DNA of 64,000 nt from Octopus sinensis (taxonomy: Eukaryota). Where the stretch lies: contig NC_043004.1 of NCBI RefSeq assembly GCF_006345805.1, positions 31,248,001 to 31,312,000 on the forward strand, written 5' to 3'. Below are positions 10,775-24,829 of the stretch, piece after piece. The notes under the pieces are model-generated. The model was not told the origin of the DNA. It saw nothing but the letters and a program-made list of their open reading frames with translations, and searched no databases. Position numbers and translations under genes: made by a program. Every line of letters begins with the position of its first letter. Position 1 is the stretch's first letter.

Positions 10775-11822
10775 CGAGGGACAGTCAAAAATCATACGCA
10801 CTCTTGTTTTTTCAATGTATTTCAAAACAAGGGATAGACAAATACATCAATTTTCTATAAAATCTCCTTCCTTTTCAATACACTTGGTCCAGCGATCAAC
10901 AAGCTTGCATATTTCCTTCAAGAAGGTTTGCAGTTGGTTGTCGAACCATTTATGCACTGCCTCCTTTACATCTTCATCCATAGGAAATCAACGACTTCAT
11001 AAAACATTTTTGAGCAGTCCAAAGATATGATAATTGGAAAGGGTGAGACCTGGGCTGTAGGCAGGGTGTTTCAACACCACAGAGCCCAGTTGGTTAATGG
11101 TTTCAACGGTCTGGGTGGCCGTGTTTGGACATGCATTGTCATACAACAACAAAACTTTCTTTGACAATAGGCTTCAGCTTTTGGTGCAAACTGCTGGCTT
11201 CAGTTTGTTGGTCAGCAAAGTGCTGTATCTTGCACCCCTTTTCCAGGTAGTCTTCCAGTATAGGCCCTTTTGAATCCCCAAAAATGGGTTAGCATCACCT
11301 TTCCCACAGAAGACTGAGTCAGGAATTTCTTTGTCACTGGTGAGCCAGGATGTTTCTGCTCCGTACTCTGCCTTTTGGATTCTGCCACATAATGATGGAC
11401 CCACGTTTCATCTCCTGTGACTATTCTGCTCAAAATTTCCTCACACTCATTACTGTTGCAATTGAGTAAATGTTGGCAGACATCAAAATGTTTTCACTTG
11501 TACTTTGCAGTAAGTTCTCTTGGCACCCATCTTGCACAGTAAGCTGTCTTGGCACTCATCTTCCGTAACGGAAGCCAAGCTCATTGTGGATGATTTGATA
11601 GGGAGAGTCATGACTAATCTGCAGAGAACAAGCTACATCATTGGTGATAACTCATCGGTTCACCATTACCATCTCTTGAGCTTGCTGAATCTTCTCATCA
11701 GTGGTGGAGGTTGACAGGAATCCTGCTTCCTCTTCATGCATCATGCTTGTCCAGCCACTTTTAAATTTCACAGTCCACTCATACACACTTTTATGTGGTA
11801 GTGCACTGTCCCTGTACAATTG
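10775..11822 (-). mobile_element. Mariner element (probably irritans-type), 5'-truncated transposase pseudogene
   Basis: TIR cgagggacagtcaaaaat at 10775; IVTGDETWVHHY, YDNA (HDNA-like), HPAYSPGL; same family as 53530-54191. Confidence 0.9.
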
Positions 11823-12707
11823 CATAAACTAAAAGTCGGAAGAGGACAAGATAAACTACCTGCATCAACTTGCTATAAAAGCAGGTAGTAATTTTACCTT
11901 GGTCTCCTTAGTTCAAGTTTTCAAGAGTGCAGTTCAAGTTTAACAGTTATTTTTTCAAAGCTATAATGGAAATGACAAAAGAGCATATTCAGCATATTTT
12001 GCTTTATGAGTTCAATAAAGGCAACAATGCAATGAAAAGTGTGAGGAGTATTCATGCAGTATATAGAGATCAGAAAATAAATGTAAGTCAGTGTTAACAG
12101 TGGTTCCAGAAATTCCGAGCCAGGAACTACAGCTTAGAAGATGAGCCTCATTCTGGAAGATCTGTAGAGCTCAACAAGGAAGTCTTGCAGACCCTGGTGG
12201 AATGAGATCCCATCATATCTGTTGAGGAACTAGCAAAGAAGTTTGGATTTGGTCATTCAACCATTCATCGACACCTGTGTGCCACTGGAAAATTACCATA
12301 TTTGGTTTCAAGACAAAAGGTGTTCTTCCATCAGGATAATGCCCGGCCACATACAGCAAGAATAACATTCCAAAGACTGGGGCTGTTTGAATGGGAAACG
12401 ATGCCCCACCCACCATATTTGCCAGACATTGCCCCATCTGATTATCATTTATTCTGCAGGTCTCAAAATCATTTGGACGGAAAATATATGAATTCTGTAG
12501 ACAAGGTCAGAACAGTACTGGGGGAGTATTTTTCATCACAGACGAGTGAATTTTGGAAAAGGGGCCTTGCAAGTCTACCAGATAGATGGAAGAGCATTGA
12601 AGAAAATATAGGAGAGTATATTTTAGATTAAAAAAGAACTTTGTTCATATTAATTTTGAAAAATAAAAGGAGTATAAAAAAATCTGCATTATTTATGGGA
12701 TGACTAA
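11823..12707 (+). mobile_element. Second mariner family, transposase with in-frame internal deletion and two stops
   Basis: ATG 11966 MEMTKEHIQHILLYEFNKG..; joins in frame to HQDNARPH, HPPYLPDIAPSDYHLF, stop at 12631; 3' TIR gcattatttatgggatgactaa|TA. Confidence 0.92.
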
Positions 12708-13759
12708 TATATATGTATGTATGTGTGTATGTATATGTTTGTGTGAGAGTGTGTATTTGTTTGTATGCATTTGAAACCAATATTATACTTAGAACTTTGT
12801 CTTTACGTCTTTATGTATGTATGTGTGTGTGTGTCTTTGCGTTTGTGTTTGTCCCCCACTATTTGTCGAGTGGTGTTAGTTTGTTTACATCCCTTCAAGG
12901 TGGTCTCCAGCATGGCTGCTGTCCAATCGCTGCAAACAAGTAGAAAATATAAATGAAGGGTAAAAATATTTAATGTGCATATATAATTGTGAGTATATGT
13001 GTGTATGTGAGTGAGTGTGTATGTATGTGTATATGTGTGTATGTGCATGTGTGTACGTGTGTGTGAGCATATGTGCATGTGTGTGTATGTGTTTATGTGT
13101 ATGCGTATGTGTGTGTAAAATTTAAAAAGACAATGACAATTTATTCTTTTCCAAGAGTCTTGTATCATAATTTTCTCGCTAAAGAGAGTTTTTTTTATTA
13201 TTGTTATTGTTTTCTTTCTTTTTTTTCCTTGTCTTTTTTGGTGTGATGCCGAAAGTTTGGTTAGAATTTTCTGGTTTGTTGTTAAAGAACTGGAAGTTAC
13301 TTTTACATTTATGTTGATTAATCTATTACTCTAGAGTGTGTAATTGTTCCCAACGCCACCACCACCACCACCACCACTTTCATCAACATTACTACCAACA
13401 ACAACAACAACAACAACCATTGCATTCTATGATAATCAGAGTAAAACAGAAATTGGAGCCAGAGAAATGATAGAGCAAAAATTCTTTTGGAGCCAGTTCT
13501 TGTTGAGAAATGGTAGAGGAGAGTAGTTGTAGAAGAAATAAAAAATTTCAAGGAATCTCTTTATCAGCATTTAATACATAATTCTTCCACAGAGTCAAGT
13601 GTGTAAGTGTAAGCACGTATTTGTATGTGTATGTGTATGTTTGTGTAGTTTGCATAAGTGTGTGGTTTGCGTGTGTGGTTTGTGTGTGGTTTGTGTTCGA
13701 GTGTCTTTGTGTGCATGCGTGTGTATATGTGTGTTTGTCAGTGTAACACTGTATGTTTT

Positions 13760-13799
<40 letters not shown>

Positions 13800-14126
13800 T
13801 GCGTGTGTGTTTCATGGTTTGTGTGTATGTGTATCAGTGTAACTATGTAATTGTTTTTGTATATGTGTGTGGATGAGTGTATGTATGTATGTATGTTGGC
13901 ATGATAATGTATGTTTCTGTTTGTGTGTGAGAAAGAGAGAGAAAGAGAAAGAGAGAAAGAGAAAGTGTGTGTGTGTGTGTGTGTGTTGTGCACGTGTATA
14001 TGTCTATGTATGAGTCAGAGAGAGAGAGTGTGTGTGTCTATGTGTGTTCCCTGAAAGTATGTTTGCGTAACAATATATGTTCAAGTTTGAGTATGATTGG
14101 AAATGATATAGTACACGCATATGTGT

Positions 14127-14159
<33 letters not shown>

Positions 14160-14160
14160 T

Positions 14161-14199
<39 letters not shown>

Positions 14200-15012
14200 C
14201 GCTGTAAGTATGTTTGTCACGTTTTTTTGAATGAGTACTTATCAGCTTATGTGTCTAAATGTATACATACATGTATGAATATAAGTGTATACTTGTGCAT
14301 TCTCAGTTACTATGTCAATATGCATATATGTTAAAATGTCTATGCATATATGTTTATATGTCTGTGTATATATGTTCACGTGTTTGTGTATGTATATGTG
14401 TATAGATATGCATGTATCAATATTAGTATTTATCTGCGCTTATATGTTCCAGTGTGTATTAATGTACATATTTATACGTGAATGCACATACACAAGTATA
14501 CATGCATGTGTACCAAGGTCCATGAAGATAGAGGTGCAGGTATTTTGGTGCATAATATGTTAGAGTGGCATACCTCCAACACAACCCGGCAATAATCCAC
14601 AGAACTCATGTTGCCAAAATTTCCTTGTGTCAATGACCACCACACGTGTCCTCTGGTCATTGATTATTCCACTACGTTGATGATATAAGCCTTATCTCTA
14701 CTTCAGGATGACAATGACAAACCATGTGTGTACGTGTGTGTGTGCGTGTGTGTGTGTGCGTGTGTCTGTGTGTGTATGTGTGTGTGCACATGTGCGTGTG
14801 AGAGTGTGTGTGTTCATTCATATATATATATATATGAATGAGTAAAATAAGAAAATGGAGAAATTGATATTCAGACATCAGTTTATTCAAAGATATTCAA
14901 ATCAATATAATAAGAAATTCTTATCTCTACAGCCGTTTCCACATCCAATTATATATTTATATCTATGTAGTCGCACATATAGATTATTAACTAGATAGAT
15001 AGATAGATAGAT

Positions 15013-15049
<37 letters not shown>

Positions 15050-15235
15050 TAGACAGACAGAAGGACAAACGGACGGACGGATGGACAGACAGACAGACAG
15101 AAAGGCAGACACATGGATAAGAAGACAGACAGGCAGATAAGCAAGTGCTTAGGTAGACAGACAGACAGAGAAACTCAATCATTCAGATGACAGAATCCAC
15201 AATTCAAAAGAACTCAATGTTGAGTAAAAGAGTAA

Positions 15236-15935
<700 letters not shown>

Positions 15936-16249
15936 TCTCCATTGGTTATGACAACAAGTGTTCCAGCTGATATAATCAACAGAACAGCCTGCACATGGAA
16001 TTAATGTAGGTGGGGGTCAAAATGGTTTAATGCAGATCTTATATGTAGGCTTAGAGAGTTGTAGTGCATCTGTACACAACAGGTTCATTGAGGCCAATTT
16101 TGTTTTCCATCCTTTTGGGGCTGATAAAACCAGTTGAACACTGAGGTTGATGTAATTGACCTAACCACTACCTCCAACTAAAAATTGCTAGCATTTTGCC
16201 AAAATTAGATTTATTATTATTAAATTTTCTTGAATAGCTCCATTTCATT

Positions 16250-16470
16250 GAAGAAACCATTACTCTTCTCACGACTTGTTTCCATTTTGTATTTCTTGTT
16301 GCCATTGAGAGTAATACAGCTACATCAGTATTGGGAATAATTACTTTCTGCATTCACTAACAAACTGAGCATCTACTGTAGTAACTACATATTTTGATGC
16401 TTTTAACATCTCAGCAATTATCTCTGGTGCATCTGCTGCTTTCCCTGCTTTCATCTCATTATTAGAATTA
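16250..16470 (-). mobile_element. RTE reverse-transcriptase N-terminal fragment
   Basis: EMKAGKAADAPEIIAEMLKA resembles the MKxGKAxGPDGIxAEMLK motif. Confidence 0.6.
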
Positions 16471-17499
16471 CTTACCAGGCCTAAACTAAGCCTGGGCCAC
16501 TATTTATTGGTTTCACTTAGAGTAGTTACTCATTATACCACTCATACTCCTCGTTTAACAGCCACACATATTAACACTTACAAGCCTCTTTTTTTTTTTC
16601 CACTGTTAATGAGGTTAAGTACACAAGTGTTGTTTCTGACACACTTCTTTCTAATGGCATTTTGGTTTATATGAACAGATTGTTTTGTAATTGCGATTTT
16701 GTGTTTATTAGTCAAGGGTGGAGAAGCAGGGCCCCTGACATTTACAGCCCAACTCCCAGCTCCCACCTTCCACTTCTGACTGTAAATCAATATTTGGAGG
16801 AAATTTCAGAAGGTTGCAGTTGTGTAAGAGAAGGACTGGAAAGGCTCAGGGAATTGGTGGTGACACTGAGTGTAACAAGTCATAGAGAAACAGCGAAGCC
16901 TAATTAGAAAGTGTATGTAGTAAGCTGGTTTAGAAATGCAGTCTGCTTTCACTCGCACATCTTACATCTAATTTACTTCCAAATCTTCACTAGATGTTAT
17001 GGAATCCTGGGTCAGAGGCAGGAAAGACAGTACTTGTAGGTTCCCAACAGTAAAACTATCAGCATAGCATTCAATAATAAGCTCTGAACACTCTTTGAGA
17101 TTGTCAGGCATCTAAGCTGTGTGAAGACTGCAGAGAGACTTGGCAAGAGAGTCAAGCACCTGTTTCAAACATATATATTTCCAGGACACTTAACATGAGG
17201 TGTCCTAGAACCCTGCACTACCAATTTCTTCCACAAAATAAGGATAACAGTGACACATCTGAGAAATGAGCCCCCATGAGGTGGAATGGCTGCTGCAACA
17301 AGCGTCACTGGCCATTCTCCACAGCAACACCATTGCGGTCATTACCACGGGGCACAGCTGAGCACATTATTTGTTCTGGTGTATGTGGCTCATTGCCCCT
17401 CCCTCTCCCCCTTCTGCTTTACACCCCACTTTTTTTCTTTACTTTTCCTTTCTCATCTCTTTTTTGCCCCCTGTTTCTTCATATTTAAATGTTATAAAT

Positions 17500-18290
17500 G
17501 GTTTTCCGATTGGGTAAAAATTATCAGGCTTTACTATCCATCTTCAGAACATTTTACTATCCCCTTTACTATAGCTGCTATGTATTATTCAAAGTACTGC
17601 CTTTTTGATCATCTGCTTGGGATGGTTGGATATCCTAGGTAAGCTTTCTTCTATTATCATCTGTTCTATGTAACATATATCTAAGCTCAGCATCATGTTG
17701 TTCTTTCATGTCAAGGTGGATTGCTGCTGCCTCCCAGATTGCAATCTTCAGGTTTCGAACACATTTGCATGCACTGATGCTTCGCATATGACCCAAATTG
17801 AATCTAGAATGTGCTGAAGGATGGGTATTAACATTCTTGGAATTGTAAAATATAGTCCAGTTTGGGTTCTGTGATTTAGTGCAAGAAGTATTTCAGTCAG
17901 ATTCTTTCCCATTGAAACAAGCAGTTTTCAGATACTAGTGACATGACCATTTGAGTGATCAAAGTTGTCTAAAGGTTTCTCAGCTGTAAGGCTGATAGCA
18001 GATTCAAGAGCAATGGTAATCAACAAATCCATAATGTTGTTACCTCTTCGGGACTAAATGATTATATGGAGACCAGTAAAACAAAGAAATCATTTGCATT
18101 TAGTGGCCAGTAAAAGCTTTACCAGTCAATCGTAAGGTAGCTGAAATCACCAGTAATGAAAACAGAGAATGTTAATTTTGAATGCTGAGGTAGCAGTATA
18201 GTATTTCCTGTCTGTGCTTAGGTTGTCTATCTCTTCATTTGATCATAGCCATAGCCCCAGTAAAGGTGAAAAATTCATGTCATTCAGTAT
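17500..18290 (-). mobile_element. CR1-like LINE ORF2 endonuclease/linker remnant
   Basis: ITGDFSYLTIDW, RRGNNIMDLLIT and KPLDNFDH match APE motifs GDFNxPxIDW, TRGxNILDL and LGxSDH. Confidence 0.75.
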
Positions 18291-18562
18291 CAAGCTAAGA
18301 TTGAGAAAATCATGGAACATATAAATAAAAGACCAATGTGAATTTTATTGTGCCGAAATAACAATAAATTTGTGTCTTGATTTGATTCAATCACAATTAT
18401 TTTTTTATTTTTAGATCAGTTCAGCACCTATGAAGGAAACTGTTAAAAGAACTAACTTTATAAAAATATTGAATGAGGTCTTAAAAGTGATAAAAGAAGG
18501 AATGTTGCCTCTTTCTCTCAAACAAAAAAACCAAAAGGTCTTCCTCTGCTTTTCTAAATTTT

Positions 18563-18598
18563 TTTGCTGATGAAGGACTAGCATCTGAAACATCAAGG
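18563..18598 (+). ncRNA. Degenerate minimal hammerhead ribozyme motif (Penelope-type)
   Basis: CTGATGA-A-GGA-ctagca-TCT-GAAA-CATC; flanks resemble the repeat around 27810. Confidence 0.45.
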
Positions 18599-18691
18599 CT
18601 TTTTCTCTTCCTTTTGAACATTAAGCTAACATATTTATTAAAACTTTTTCCTTCTTGTGTTGTCTTTCATTTTGTGTCCATTACTTGTGTG

Positions 18692-18733
<42 letters not shown>

Positions 18734-19260
18734 TGTGTGTTTGTGTGTGTTTGTGTGTATCTATGTATATCATCCAGTTGAAGTTACATAAATGACTCTA
18801 TAGCCAAGAATTTCAAACATTACATTTATCAAGCTATTTGATATACTAGCAAATCTACAATGCAGGCATAAAATGAGGGAGCAAAGTCATAACAGCGGCA
18901 TGTATTGAGAAATATGTAAATGGACTTGATAGATTACTGGGTGATGGTCTTAGAGAAATCACATTATTCTTGGTGGTACAGTATTCCAATGCAGCTATAT
19001 GACATGTATTTGTGACTAAGTGACATGTGATGACAATTCACTTCCAAACTGAAATAGGTTCCCAGCCTCTCACTCCAAATCAAAGCCAGAGCTTCCTTCA
19101 ACCACGACATGAAATGTATTAGGAAAAAATGATATTTAGATATACTTTTATTTTAGTTGTTTACTCCATTTTATGCTTGCCTATACTCTTATACATTCAA
19201 AGTTCACAAATTTCCTTTTTTAAATTAAGAATCATATTCCTTTCGATAACATCAATATGA

Positions 19261-19445
19261 TTACAAAACTTCTTTGTAAACGATATTTTCTGTTTGGTTG
19301 ACACTAACTCTCAAATTACTGGAGTTCATTGCTCTACTCATAGCAATGTATAACTGGCCATGTGTAAACATCAGTGTGGATAAAAGTACACTCACATAAA
19401 ATCTAAAGTCTGGTCCTTTGCCTTGTTTTCTGTACATGCACAAGC
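19261..19445 (-). mobile_element. Helitron RepHel (PIF1-like helicase) C-terminal fragment
   Basis: FTHGQLYIAMSR..TENIVYKEVL* matches the FxHGQLYVAxSR..TxNIVYxEVL terminus. Confidence 0.85.
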
Positions 19446-19789
19446 AGATTCTTTAAGATTGCAAAAAAATCAAACTAAGACTTACCTCTCACTGTTCTAT
19501 GCAAATAATGTCTGGATGTTCTGGTACCATGGGTTATTTTGATTGACAAAACTGAGATGTAAACAACAGCTACTTCAATTAGCCACTTTGAATCCTGCTC
19601 CAGACTGACACACTTCACTAACCACTAAATAATCACACACACTATATACTGACACACACTTTTCCATTTTATTTTCACTATTAACCGTCCTTGCAACTCC
19701 CTATATATCTATGATGGGGCCACAAACTATACAATGAAAATCCAGAGTCACTCATAGTCAGTGAATCTTTAATGAAAATGCAAAGGTGT

Positions 19790-20365
19790 ATCAATTCAAA
19801 AATCAATATCCATGAAATAATCATACTTTCTGATTTTTTTAATGCTAAAAATCTTCCTGATGACTGTCTTTGGAATCCCAAGAAATATTGTAACAACTGG
19901 TCCAGCTGTCTGGCTGTGAAGAGGGAACAAGCAAAGAGATGGACAGATGGACAGACAGATGGATGGACATAATGCCCATTGTAGTAAAATAGCAAATCTG
20001 CCCATCTACGATGAGAAATAAAGGGATAGTATCGCAACTCTAAAGACTCTAAATTCACGAACTATAAGGTGGGGAAATCCAGAGTTAATCCTTATCACTG
20101 GAATTTTAACAAAAAAAAAAATTGTGCATCAGCATGGCCACAGCTCTGAGCTGAATCTAGAGAGAAAAAAAATGGTGATTTATTAATACAAAACTCAATA
20201 TTCACTAAATAATCATACTTTTTCACATTTTTTCACTAAAAACCTTCCTGATTACTCCCTTCATACTCCCAAAAAACATTGTGACCATTGGTCCAGCCGT
20301 TTGACTATGAAGAGGGAACAGACAGATAGACAGATGGACATAACGCCCATTATAGTAATATATAT
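19790..20365 (-). mobile_element. Two tandem copies (~19790-19990, ~20200-20365) of a Helitron-5'-end-like sequence
   Basis: Shared ctgttccctcttcaYagYcaRacRgctggacca..caggaag on the minus strand; Helitron assignment inferred from sequence style and the adjacent helicase. Confidence 0.5.
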
Positions 20366-21965
20366 ATATAATATAAATTGGACAGGGTTGAGCATTGTAT
20401 TCTTTCTTGTCTTGAGGTTCACAGCAAAATGGCTGGGTGGATTCATGTGAAAAATGGCACACATGTGGAGATGGGTGCATAGATTGGAATGCAATTTATA
20501 TTTTTTTTCCTAGCTCCTATATTTACTGAGAAAATTGATTAAAACTTTTTCTAATGGAATTCCCCTGTTTTTTCTGCCATTAAAGCAACCAGTTGCTCAC
20601 ACAGCCGGCATATACCATTTCGCTAGCAACAAGGGGAGTACAGGATGACAGTGAGCCAAAACTTTTGCTATGCTGTCTCTCTTCTTTCACCTCTTTGTGG
20701 GGTTAATAATCTTAATCTTTAGTGACAATTTCTCATTAAAACTACATAATAGGCAGAATTGTCAGATTAAGACAGTAGGGTGTTTTGAGGGAGATTTGGC
20801 TGCTATTTCTACCAGGTCTAGCTACCATGTAGAGGTCTGAACTTAATTTCCATTCACATATTTGCATTTCAAAAATTTAACATAATCTTTTCCATAAATC
20901 AACTATCATAAAAATTTTATACGATGACCTCACATTTTCTATGTATGTGTTGTATCTTAAAAGACATCACTCATCATGACACACACCTTCACTCACTCAC
21001 TTTATCTCTCTTTCTCACCCTCTTTCTCTCCCACATACACACACACAAGCACGCATGCACACATACACACGTCCATTTCATATATCTTCTTTTAATTTCT
21101 GCTCTCTGCAAATAAAATTTTTACGGATACAACTGCTTACAAATATAATTTCTTTCTATGTTCATAATTAAATCAGTGATTTAATTATTAGACAGAGGTC
21201 CAATAGAAATAGCTTTCAGAAACAGACTACGTACAAATTCATTCTTCACAACTCCTGAAGCTGTTTTCTGACAGTGGGGGGTGGGAGTCAGGAAATTTTC
21301 ATACAGCTGGAGGCTCCAATCGAAACAGGAGACCCAAAATGATAAGGTTGAGAAACGCTGTTATAGATTATGCCTAACCGAAAACAATCACAGCCACATG
21401 ATCCAAACAGACCAGGAGAAACCGGGCGTAGCTGCTAGTGTGTATATATATATATATAAGAGAGAGAGAGAGAGAGTGATAAGGTCCAAAAGTACAACAA
21501 AAACAAAATGAAGTAAAAGAACAGACAGTGTGTATTAGTTTAATGCTCTGCAAAAATGGAAGAAGTCTTTGACATATCAAGCCTCCACTCTTCTACAGAA
21601 AGGATAGATGAGGAAAGAAATAAAAGAAGAGCAAAAAATTGTGCCTGAAATAAATGGTCAAAGCATGCTGAAATGACCAAAACGGTAAGAAGTTGGCTTT
21701 CAGCAAGAGTGGTAAGGGAGACAACAGTAACCTAGCATTTGTATGTGTGCATGCACAAGCATGTGTGTGTATGTGTGAAGCTAATGTGTGTATGTGGATA
21801 TGAGTGCATACACTTGTATGTATGTGAGCAAGCATGTGTGTGTGTGTGTGTATGATGTTAATGCGTGCAAGTGTATGTGTGTGTGTGGAAGTGCATGTGT
21901 GTGTATAAAAGAATTTGTATGTTTATACTTTGTGTGCTTTGTACATGTGTGTATGTCTATATGGG

Positions 21966-22335
21966 TGGAGGTGCAATGGCCCAGTGGTTAGGGCAGCAGA
22001 CTTGCAGTCATGGGATCACAGTTTCGATTCCCAGACCGGGCGCTGTTAGTGTTTATTGAGCAAAAACACCTGAAACTCCACAAGACTCTGGCAGGTGGGT
22101 AGGGTGGCAAAACCTGCTGTGCTCTTTCACCACAACTTCTTCTCAATCTTTCTTCCTGTTTCTGTTGTACCTGTATTTCAAAGGGCCAGCCTCGTCACAC
22201 ACTTTGTCATGCTCAAACTCCCTCAGAACTATGTTAAGGGTATGCATGTCTGTGGAGTGCTCAGCCACTTACATGTTAATTTCATGAGCAGGCTGTTCTG
22301 TTGATCAGATTAAGTGGCACACTCATCATTGTAAC
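21966..22335 (+). mobile_element. tRNA-derived SINE family D (OR-like head), tail type 1
   Basis: tggaggtgcaatggcccagtggttagggc..gtttcgattcccagaccggg; collinear with 49436-49818. Confidence 0.88.
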
Positions 22336-23519
22336 CGACGGAGTGCCATGTATATGTCTATATAGGCATGTGTATGCATGTATAGGCTATCTGATGTATG
22401 TGTGTGCATATGAGACTCTCAGATACATGCATGTGGAAGCATGCTTGTGTATGAAGCTATCATGTGCATTATACTATATGCATTTAGTGCATATTTGTGT
22501 GTATGTGTGCATGTGTTTATACATTTATATTGTGTGTTTATGTGTGTGTGTATGTCAGGGCGCTTGTATGTGTGTGTCCTGTTTTCATTTGGCGTGTGTT
22601 TATGAGGTTATTTGACAAAGTGTGTGTATGTGTATATACTGTGCATTTCTGCATGTGTGTAAATGTGTATAGGAGCTTTTATGTATGTGTAAGGCTATCT
22701 GACATATGTGTGTGCTTTAGGGGGATGTTAGGTGTGTCATCTTGGGTAGAGATCTTGGGTGGAAGAGAGGTGACAAAAGCAGTAGGTGTTAGAAAGTGTG
22801 GGTACATGATTGTATACTTATTGCTGTATGTGATGGATCTGGAAGTGTAGGGGTCATGGTGTGTGTGTGTGTGTGTGTGTGCATGTCCATGTATGGGTGC
22901 TAGTGTGTATGTATATGCAATTTGGATAAGTATGGTGTGTATGGTGTGAGCAATAAGTTAAACTGTAGTGTAAGTGGTGGTGGTGGGTGGGTTAAGGTTA
23001 AGGGGGAAGAAGGAGGTAGGAGGTGTGGCTGGTGAAAATGTGTGTGGAGTGAGGTTTAAAGGAAATGGGGTAGAGAATTAAGCCATAAGAAACAGAAGTA
23101 TGGAGAGAGAAAATTAATTCCTGCACAGATAGAGGCAGGAGTGTGGATGTCCTCCATGCAAGGCCAGTCCAAACACAGACAGATGTTGCAAGGAATGACT
23201 AAACAAACAGAAATGATGCAAGACCAAAGTGTTGTTTCTGTGACTGATAATAATTATGTATATTAAATACATAATTATATCCTTTCTACTATAGGCATAA
23301 GGCCTGAAATTCAGGGTAAGGGGAATAACCAATCCCTTGCACCTCAGTACTTGACAGGTATTTATTTTATTGACCATGCAAGGATTAAACACAAAGTCAA
23401 CTTCAGCAGAATTTGAAGACAGAATATAAAGGTAGATGAAATTCTGCTGAGCATTTTGAAGAGCATAGTCATTTCACCACAAACATAGACACAAAGACAT
23501 ACACATAGAAATATACATA

Positions 23520-23935
23520 CTCCGTGCCAGTGGCACATAAAAGGCACCATTCGAGTGTGATCGTTACCAGCGTCGCCTTACTGGCACTTGAGCCCCGTGC
23601 TAGGAGGGTGCTAAGAGCACCATCTGAGCGTGATCATTGCCAGAGCGGCTAACTGGCCTCCGTGCCGGTTGCACGTAAAAGGCACCATTCAAGTGTGATC
23701 GTTACCAGCATCACCTTACTGGCACCTGTGCCGGTGGCATGTGTAAGAAGATTCGAGAGAGGTTGTTGCCAGTACCGCCTGACTGGCCCCCGTACCGGTG
23801 GCACGTTAAAGCACCCACTACACTCTCGGAGTGGTTGGTGTTAGGAAGAGCATCCAGCGGTAGAAACTCTGCCAGATCAAGATTGGAGCCTGGTGCAGCC
23901 ATCTGGTTTGCCCTCAGTCAAATTGTCCAACCCAT
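23520..23935 (+). mobile_element. RTE 3'UTR with tandem GTGCCGGTGGCACGTAAAAGCACC-type units
   Basis: Repeated units followed by ggagtggttggtgttaggaagagcatccagc. Confidence 0.85.
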
Positions 23936-24787
23936 GCTTATGTGTAAATGTAACTATGTGCATATATAGTATGTGTGTGTATGTGTGTATGTCAGTGATT
24001 AACTATAGTGTGTGTGTGTGCTTGAGTGCATGCAGTAATATGTATCTATATATGAGTGTTTGTGCATGTGTATAGTATGGTTTACATGTGTAGCATATGT
24101 GTGTTTACAGATGAGTAGTGTGTATATGTATCTGTGTCTGTGTGCATGGATGTGTGTACCTATGTATGTGTGTATGCATATGTGTGTGTGTGTGTGTGGC
24201 AGGAAATAACTATGTATATGTTGTGTGTGTGTGTGTGCATGAGTGCGTTTATGTGTGTGAGTGTATGTGTGTGACTAGAATTATCAAAATAAAAGTATGT
24301 AGTATGTTGTGTGTGTGGCAGGGAATATCTAAATATGTTTGCGTATGTGTTTATACTTAGGTATGTTTATATATGTAGCATGTGTGTCAATGGGAATACT
24401 TATATGTTTGTGCATATGAGTGTATGTGTGCATGCATGGTTGCGCGTCTAAAGAATAATTAGTTAATTTTTAATTAAATATATCAGTAAAACCTTATAAG
24501 CTGTATGTAATTGTACCAGTAGACATACATACATAATCACTTATATGCACACACACACACACACATATATAGTCTTTTACTTGTTTCAGTCATTTGACTG
24601 CAGCCATGCTGAAGCACCTCCTTAAAGGGTTTTAGTTGAACAAATCTCACCCAGGACTTATTCTTTCTAAGCCTTGTACTTATTCTCTCAGTCTCTTTTG
24701 CTGAACTGCTAGGTTATAAGATGAATACACACCAACATCAGATTTTCAAGCAATGGTGGGGGGACAAACACAGACACAAAGGCACAC

Positions 24788-24825
<38 letters not shown>

Positions 24826-24829
24826 CACC

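Noticed and set aside
16485-16500. Consensus GTAAGT donor on the minus strand
   Set aside because: Lies at the edge of an RTE RT remnant with no convincing upstream acceptor
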